DNA from: an uncultured archaeon
Lineage (GTDB): Archaea > Asgardarchaeota > Lokiarchaeia > Sigyniarchaeales > SOKP01
Direction: 5' to 3'
Assembly: GCA_964508365.1 (NCBI GenBank)
Contig: CAZDTP010000094.1
Span: 1 to 10,230 of the forward strand
Length of the DNA stretch: 10,230 nucleotides
A model generated the notes under the pieces. It ran no database searches. It worked only from the letters and a program-made list of their open reading frames with translations, and was not told the origin of the DNA. A program made the translations under genes and the position numbers. Positions 1 through 5,152 of this stretch are shown piece after piece. The first letter of the stretch is position 1, and every line of letters begins with the position of its first letter.

Positions 1-1
1 T

Positions 2-298
2 GTAAATTTGGAGAAATACATTACACCGATCTTTAAAAAGTTAGAGTATTTAATTGGTAGAAAGAAGAAGAGACTTAATTTAGAAGGGATTACTGAAGAA
101 TATCTAAGGAATAAGAATTATCCTAAAATGGCTTTAAATACTGGACCATATCTATTCGAAAGTCTTAGTTTTTTGGAATCAATAATCAAAGAAAAAGAGC
201 CTTATCCTGGTTTAGATATCGGATATCGTACTCACGAAATCATAGAATCTGCATATCAATCGTCAAGAGAAAATCAAATCATATCATTTAATTCATAA
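2..298 (+). CDS. C-terminal fragment of a probable Gfo/Idh/MocA-family NAD(P)-dependent oxidoreductase (5' partial)
   Basis: Frame is open to the window edge (GTA AAT TTG...), so the TTG at 8 is not the true start. The end 'ESLSFLESIIKEKEPYPGLDIGYRTHEIIESAYQSSRENQII' matches the typical Gfo/Idh/MocA C-terminal pattern (F..ai....ep.....G....eii.aay.S......v). The N-terminal Rossmann domain is outside the window. TAA at 296-298. Confidence 0.6.
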   Translation, partial: VNLEKYITPIFKKLEYLIGRKKKRLNLEGITEEYLRNKNYPKMALNTGPYLFESLSFLESIIKEKEPYPGLDIGYRTHEIIESAYQSSRENQIISFNS

Positions 299-386
299 AT
301 GAAAAAGTGTGAACAAAAAATGATTTCATTAATTTCTTATAAAAATTAATATCGGTTTTTCCACGATTTAAAGGAAAAAATAGAAT

Positions 387-470
387 TTAAGATTTCTTTT
401 GTTTTTTACTTATAATGATTGCTACAATGGATAGAATACCAAGCAGGAAGAACAGATTATATCCGGGAAT
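387..470 (-). other. Loki-CTERM-like C-terminal sorting signal (IPGY-NLFFLLGILSIVAIII-SKKQKKS)
   Basis: Tripartite motif/TM/basic-tail architecture starting with IPGY at 470-459, as in the Loki-CTERM family and analogous to PGF-CTERM/LPxTG signals. Confidence 0.75.
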
Positions 471-1328
471 ATCCCCTCCTGGGACTTCTGGAGGTTCAAA
501 CCATCCAATAATTTCATAATTCTCAACTTCTTCTTTCAATGGATAAGAATCCATTGTAACTCTAACAGAATCGTAAAAAACGACTGGAGAATCTCCAATT
601 CCATCAACATCAGCATCAACTCCATTGTAATCATCCCAATAGTTACCGAGATAATTCGTGTAGGATTTATTGTCGTAAATGTACTTTAATTGTTTTGGTG
701 AATTCCACAGGTTGTTATTGCTTGTATTAGTTAAAGTAAAAACATCCATAACAGTAGTTTTAAGATTGTTTAAATAAAGAGTATTATAATTCGAATATCC
801 AAAATGCATACCCCTCTCATTGTCAAATAGATTCCCTATAATAGTATTGTTTTCGGAATATTCTAAATATAGTCCCCAACCATTATTATGAAAACTCGTA
901 TTATTGATCATCCCATTGAAAACTGATTCTAGCTTAATACCAGAATCCACCCAATTAATTCCACAATTAGAAAACGTACAATTTTCAATTTTAAAAAAAG
1001 CATTGGAATTTTTAATGAGTATGCAACTTCCCGAACCTCCAGCATCTATAATCAAATCTTCTATAACATAGGGTGCGGAATAAGTCCCATTCCCCGTACA
1101 AATTCCCGCAGCCTTTGCAGCAGTCCAATTATTATCAATACGAATTTTTCCCGATATTGCTGAGGTTTTTAGATTTATTTTATCTAAATTGATATCACCT
1201 TTATATTCCGAACTTTTATTGCTATTACCCGAAATAAGAATAAGATTAGTGATAACTATCGGTGAGAAGGCAAAAAACATTCCTAAAGCGATTAAAATTA
1301 TTATTTTTGATTTTGCATTTGATTTCAT
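387..1328 (-). CDS. Secreted/cell-surface right-handed parallel beta-helix (NosD/PbH1-like) protein with C-terminal Loki-CTERM-type anchor, 313 aa
   Basis: N-terminal basic + hydrophobic signal (MKSNAKSKIIILIALGMFFAFSPIVI). Asn-rich beta-helix turns (NNTSFHNNGWGLYLEYSENNTIIGNLF). NosD-like ending GNYWDDYNGVDADVDGIGDSP. Pro/Gly linker, then IPGY + TM helix + KKQKKS. Confidence 0.85.
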   Translation of the reverse strand: MKSNAKSKIIILIALGMFFAFSPIVITNLILISGNSNKSSEYKGDINLDKINLKTSAISGKIRIDNNWTAAKAAGICTGNGTYSAPYVIEDLIIDAGGSGSCILIKNSNAFFKIENCTFSNCGINWVDSGIKLESVFNGMINNTSFHNNGWGLYLEYSENNTIIGNLFDNERGMHFGYSNYNTLYLNNLKTTVMDVFTLTNTSNNNLWNSPKQLKYIYDNKSYTNYLGNYWDDYNGVDADVDGIGDSPVVFYDSVRVTMDSYPLKEEVENYEIIGWFEPPEVPGGDIPGYNLFFLLGILSIVAIIISKKQKKS

Positions 1329-1389
1329 ATTATTTTCATCAAAATAATAAAAAATAATTTGTAAGTAATTAATAACTAATCTAAGTTCC

Positions 1390-1396
1390 TATAAAT
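1390..1396 (-). promoter_or_regulatory. Candidate archaeal TATA box for the beta-helix gene
   Basis: Minus strand reads GAAATGT-ATTTATA about 62 nt upstream of the ATG at 1328. The AT-rich context makes it uncertain. Confidence 0.3.
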
Positions 1397-2014
1397 ACAT
1401 TTCAATCTATTTGGGAGTAAACCAATTAACATTTTTGTCATTTAGGATTAGCGGGATATAACAAATAAAAAGTTATTTTCTCATTTCATAAATGCTCTCA
1501 AAAGCTGTCTCTCATTAAAAAAAACAAAAAATCAATAAAAAAAAATAAGAATTAGGATTAATATTATTAAGGAGTGAAAGTTTGAACATATAGAGTCATG
1601 TATTCATACTTCCCCACTCTAATTTTTCTCTTAAAAAAATTATCTTAAGATCAAAATGTAAAGTAATGAAATTGCTTAAGTTATTTATTATTTTTATTTA
1701 AATTTGCGTTATATATTGATTTAAAGAATTATTATTGTAGAGAAACAAATAAAGCAATAGACAAATCCCTCTTGAATAAATCGGAAGCTAAATTTATGGG
1801 AATTACTGTAGTAAAAGAATTTTGATGTTTATCCTTTTTTTTAAATTGTTCGAAAAAAAATTTAAAATCTTATAAGTTTAGAGGAAAAATAGCTTAACTA
1901 GAATCAGTGAATACAAGAATTTAAATTGCTTATTGTTATGGATTCTCTAGGACTTAATTGAGCAATTTGCTACTTTTTTCACATAATAATAGACTTTTAT
2001 TTACTAATAATAAA

Positions 2015-2029
2015 AAGTTAAATTAACTT
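2015..2029. promoter_or_regulatory. Perfect 15 bp palindrome AAGTTAA-A-TTAACTT, candidate transcription-factor operator
   Basis: 7-1-7 dyad ending 18 nt before the ATG at 2047 (probable true start of the hydrolase), i.e. over the expected core-promoter position. Confidence 0.4.
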
Positions 2030-2129
2030 CTCATATGTACTATACAATGAAAATGACGAGGGATAAAAAATTAAGGATAAATACCAAGTAGAAACTGGTT
2101 TTTTTGAAGATGGTTTACCTTATGCTAAA

Positions 2130-2891
2130 ATGGGAAGTGGACCAAAAATTCTGCTCAATATTGAAGCGTTATCAACCGAGCATAAACCACCATCAGGATT
2201 TATGTTAAATCAATTTAAAAAATCAAATAGCCTATTCCTGGAAGAATACACGGTATATCTTGTTGGGCGAAGGCCAAACTTACCAGACGATTATTTAATG
2301 GATAAGATGGCAGATGATTATGCAAAAATGATCCGAAGGGAATTTAAAGGACCAGTTGATGTCATTGGAATATCAACAGGAGGACAGATTGCTCATTTTT
2401 TAGCCGCTGATCACCCCGACACTGTTCAAAAATTAGTCATCATATCATCAGCGTATCGATTGAGTGAAAAAGGAGTAGATATTGAGAGGAAAGCGGCTGA
2501 ATATTTTCAAAAAGAAAAATATGGAAAATCAATGGCAGCAATAATGGAACTGATATATCAATCTGGATTTAAAGGAGTTTTCATCAAATTATTCGTGAGA
2601 CTAATAGGAGGTATGATGTTCAGGAAAGTAGAATATCCAAACGATTTCTTGGTTGAAGTGAAAGCCGATCGCGAGATGAATTTCAAGGACAGATTATCCG
2701 AAATTAAAGCTCCTACCTTGATATTGAGTGGAGAATTAGATATTGGTTATTTGGCAGATGATGTTCGTACGACCGCAGAGGAAATACCAAATTCAGAATT
2801 GATTCTTTATAAAGGTTATGGACATAATCTCGCAATGTCTAATCGGGAGCAGGTGCTTAAGAAAACTTTAGAATTTCTAAAGAAGAATTGA
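2130..2891 (+). CDS. Alpha/beta-fold hydrolase (esterase/lactonase-like); N-terminus probably extends to 2047/2053 across a frameshift
   Basis: Nucleophile elbow G-I-S-T-G (Ser codon 2373-2375), acid in ILSGELD and His in YKGYGH form a Ser-Asp-His triad. The frame stays open upstream to 2067 (KIKDKYQVETGFFEDGLPYAK) with no ATG/GTG/TTG. TGA at 2889-2891. Confidence 0.9.
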   Translation: MGSGPKILLNIEALSTEHKPPSGFMLNQFKKSNSLFLEEYTVYLVGRRPNLPDDYLMDKMADDYAKMIRREFKGPVDVIGISTGGQIAHFLAADHPDTVQKLVIISSAYRLSEKGVDIERKAAEYFQKEKYGKSMAAIMELIYQSGFKGVFIKLFVRLIGGMMFRKVEYPNDFLVEVKADREMNFKDRLSEIKAPTLILSGELDIGYLADDVRTTAEEIPNSELILYKGYGHNLAMSNREQVLKKTLEFLKKN

Positions 2892-2901
2892 AATTAAATT
2901 T

Positions 2902-2974
2902 TGATTTGGAAAAGTATGGCTAACTTTTTAGAATAAAATTCAAACATTTCTTATATTTTATTCCATCCAAATCA
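2902..2974 (-). terminator. Nested stem-loop between convergent genes (terminator or 3' UTR element of the selenoprotein candidate)
   Basis: Minus strand: outer stem UGAUUUGGA (2974-2966) / UCCAAAUCA (2910-2902), 9 bp perfect. Inner stem UGGAAUAAAAU (2965-2955) / AUUUUAUUCUA (2939-2929), 11 bp with one G-U. Confidence 0.45.
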
Positions 2975-2977
2975 TAT

Positions 2978-3451
2978 TTATTTGCTTAACTTTTTAATTA
3001 TTTTAAATAATTCTTCATTTTCGGGAATGTCATCCATCGAATCGCTATAATATGCATATCTTATTATTGCTTGCTTATCTATTATTAGAAGTGCTGGCAT
3101 TCTCCCAAATTTTAAAGGTTTTACTTCTTGTTTTAACATTTTATTAACCTTTTTTTTAGCATCATAATATATAGGGTATTCTTTTGCATATTCGGATTCA
3201 AAATTTTGCGCATTTTCAAGGTTATCAGGTAAGATTGCGTATAAGATTGTATTTAATTCTTTGAATTTTGCATAGTCATTTCTCAATTTTTTTGAATGAG
3301 CTTTGGCATAAGGTCAACTTTTACTTCTAAATAATACTATCACTACGTTTTTATTCCCTTCAAATTCAAGTATATTGCTTGTTTCACTTCTAGAGTTTGG
3401 TAAACTAAACTCTTTGATTTTAGTACCCACTAAATTAAATTTATCTTTCAA
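2978..3451 (-). CDS. Peroxiredoxin-like (AhpC/TSA/redoxin family) protein with in-frame UGA at codon 46, probable selenoprotein, 157 aa
   Basis: Reading through TGA (plus tca 3314-3316) joins the track ORF to 45 upstream in-frame codons from TTG at 3451: MKDKFNLVGTKIKEFSLPNSRSETSNILEFEGNKNVVIVLFRSKS-U-PYAKAHSKKLRNDYAKF...GRMPALLIIDKQAIIRYAY. The upstream part has the redoxin N-terminus (VG..i.eFsLpn......l..f.g.k.vvivlfR) and the UGA sits at the C of the FR.xxCPxC-type active site. A GTGA SD-like motif lies 7 nt before the TTG, and an in-frame TAA at 3466-3464 bounds the ORF. Confidence 0.85.
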
Positions 3452-3610
3452 TTTGATTTCACTTTATTTTTTATTTTATTTTAAAATTAAATTACTATTT
3501 TTTTCTCAAATCAATATCCTTGTGCATAGGTGGGTTGTATCATTCCGACGAACCAAATTCTTCATATACAACAGCTTTCATAATATTTTGAATAAACATT
3601 GTATTTATAT

Positions 3611-3664
3611 ATTAAATTAAGTTAATATCGAAATTTTATTGATAATTTGAATTAAACTCATTAG
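3611..3664. repeat. Intergenic 54 bp element, copy 1 (imperfect dyad)
   Basis: ATTAAATTAAGTTAATATCGAAATTTTATTGATAATTTGAATTAAACTCATTAG; 47/54 identical, ungapped, to 5001-5054. Confidence 0.8.
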
Positions 3665-3702
3665 AATGAATTTTTAATGTATATTATTTAAAATGAAGTA
3701 GT

Positions 3703-4722
3703 TTAGATTTGAAACATTACTAATTTTAAAATTACATAAACGCTATAGAATCCGATTAATAGACATCCTTCCCATCTTTTAAGTGTTTTTTCGCTCCATA
3801 ACAAATAAAGAGCTAAAGATAACGCCAAGAATAGAACAGGTATATCAAAAACCAGAATTATCAAGGGAACATTAAAATTAATTAGTATTGCTCCTGATCC
3901 TGTGGCTAATAAAATATCGCATATATTGGAACCTAATATATCTCCTACCGCGATTCCAAATGATCCTCTCCTAATAGCGGTTAAGTCAGCAATAAGTTCT
4001 GGTAAACTTGTGCCAAATCCAACTATTATTATTCCAATTACATTTTCAGGAATATGAAATTCTTTTGATATATCATGCGCTGAAAGTAATGAGGCCTCTG
4101 CTGCGATTATTAAGATAATGAGCCCAAAAAGCAAAGTACCCAAATCTCTAAGTGTTGACGATTCTTTACGAGGGCTCTCAACCGATTCAAACCTTACAGC
4201 ATCTATACGTTCCTTTTCAAGATATTTAATTTCTAGTTTAGCTTTTGTTAGATGTCGCTCACTCCAAATCACCAATGAGAGATAAAGGAAATATATTATT
4301 ATCATTAAAAGCGCTTCAAATTGGGTAAGGATTCCATCCAATGAGAAAAAAAGAAAAATCAATATAGAAATAAAGAGCATAGGTCCTTCTCTTCTCAATT
4401 CCCATTTACTAACGAAAATCGGTTGGCTAACGGCTAAAATTCCAATAATTAAAGTGATTTGAATCAAGAAAGAGCCAACTTTGTTTCCTATAACTATTCC
4501 ATCAATGTTAGGATCAATACCTAAAAGCTTATCCAAACCACCCATTATACTTACAGCAATTTCTGGTAAGCTAGTCCCAATCGATAAAATTGTCAGCCCT
4601 ACCATTATATGACTAATATTTAAGCGATCTGCTATGTTTTCAAGGCTAATTATCACAAATTTAGCACCAATATATAACCCCAAAAATCCTAATATTAGAA
4701 AAAGAAGTGAATATAACAGCAT
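3703..4722 (-). CDS. yrbG: Ca2+/cation antiporter (CaCA superfamily, YrbG/NCX_Mj-like Na+/Ca2+ exchanger), 339 aa
   Basis: About 10 hydrophobic segments in two homologous halves. Alpha-1 repeat SIGTSLPE...GNKVGSFLIQ and alpha-2 repeat GFGTSLPE...GDILGSNICD. The symbol is family-level only. Confidence 0.92.
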   Translation of the reverse strand: MLLYSLLFLILGFLGLYIGAKFVIISLENIADRLNISHIMVGLTILSIGTSLPEIAVSIMGGLDKLLGIDPNIDGIVIGNKVGSFLIQITLIIGILAVSQPIFVSKWELRREGPMLFISILIFLFFSLDGILTQFEALLMIIIYFLYLSLVIWSERHLTKAKLEIKYLEKERIDAVRFESVESPRKESSTLRDLGTLLFGLIILIIAAEASLLSAHDISKEFHIPENVIGIIIVGFGTSLPELIADLTAIRRGSFGIAVGDILGSNICDILLATGSGAILINFNVPLIILVFDIPVLFLALSLALYLLWSEKTLKRWEGCLLIGFYSVYVILKLVMFQI

Positions 4723-4746
4723 TCCTAGATATTAAAAACAGTATTG

Positions 4747-4754
4747 TATATAAA
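4747..4754 (-). promoter_or_regulatory. Archaeal TATA box (TTTATATA) with purine-rich BRE-like TAAAG, upstream of the exchanger
   Basis: Minus strand ATTAAAG-TTTATATA ends 25 nt before the ATG at 4722, the spacing expected for a leaderless or short-leader archaeal transcript. Confidence 0.6.
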
Positions 4755-5000
4755 CTTTAATGGAGCGATTATAACGAGACCTCGAAAATCATTGCGAGTA
4801 ATAACTTTGGAGTTGGTATACATATAATTGCTAGTTTACATTATCATACTCTATAGCCAAGGGTTATAGAATCAATACTACTTAAATTAATTTTCGACGG
4901 GTGAAACTTGATTATTAAATTTATAAATTTTCATAATTTTTTTATTTGTCGAATTCATTTCCATAACTGATTTTTATAGGATTCTGTACTAAAAATATGT

Positions 5001-5054
5001 ATAAAATTAAGTTAAAATCGAAATTTTAGTGATAATTTAGATTTAAATCATTAG
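5001..5054. repeat. Intergenic 54 bp element, copy 2 (imperfect dyad)
   Basis: ATAAAATTAAGTTAAAATCGAAATTTTAGTGATAATTTAGATTTAAATCATTAG; contains ATCGAAATT-N8-AATTTAGAT (8/9 complementary); lies 1,390 bp from copy 1. Confidence 0.8.
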
Positions 5055-5152
5055 TTTAAGTCAAATTAAGAGATGCGGGAAAAACTCACTAGTAAAATAA
5101 AAAAAAGTAGAAAAACAATAAAAAATTAAAAACAATAAAAAAGAGATTTAAA

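Noticed and set aside
1839-1867. Inverted repeat TTTTAAATT-N11-AATTTAAAA
   Set aside because: Made only of A/T within homopolymer-rich DNA; expected by chance.
3284-3286. TTG start proposed by the track for the redoxin
   Set aside because: It is an internal Leu downstream of the in-frame UGA; starting here would omit the N-terminal strands and the active site.
3274-3313. Bacterial-type SECIS immediately downstream of the UGA
   Set aside because: Only a weak CUCA/UGAG or CAA/UUG hairpin with an A-only loop; it lacks the apical G and stable stem of bacterial SECIS.
3392-3413. Hairpin AGAGUUU-AG-UUUA-CC-AAACUCU inside the redoxin coding sequence
   Set aside because: Short, about 75 nt upstream of the UGA, and matches no recoding element I know; plausible by chance.
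3375-3620. 81 aa plus-strand ORF from the track
   Set aside because: Low-complexity L/F/I/N composition from AT-rich DNA; it overlaps, antisense, the true 5' part of the redoxin gene and its upstream region.
3611-3664. 54 bp element as a 5'-located SECIS (minus strand has AUGA ... CGAU)
   Set aside because: In the AUGA/GA register the intervening helix gives U.U and A.A mismatches, and the same element also occurs upstream of the exchanger, which has no UGA.
4728-4826. 32-codon minus-strand ORF (MYTNSKVITRNDFRG...) upstream of the exchanger
   Set aside because: Too short, no recognisable motif or SD, and it runs across the exchanger's TATA box.
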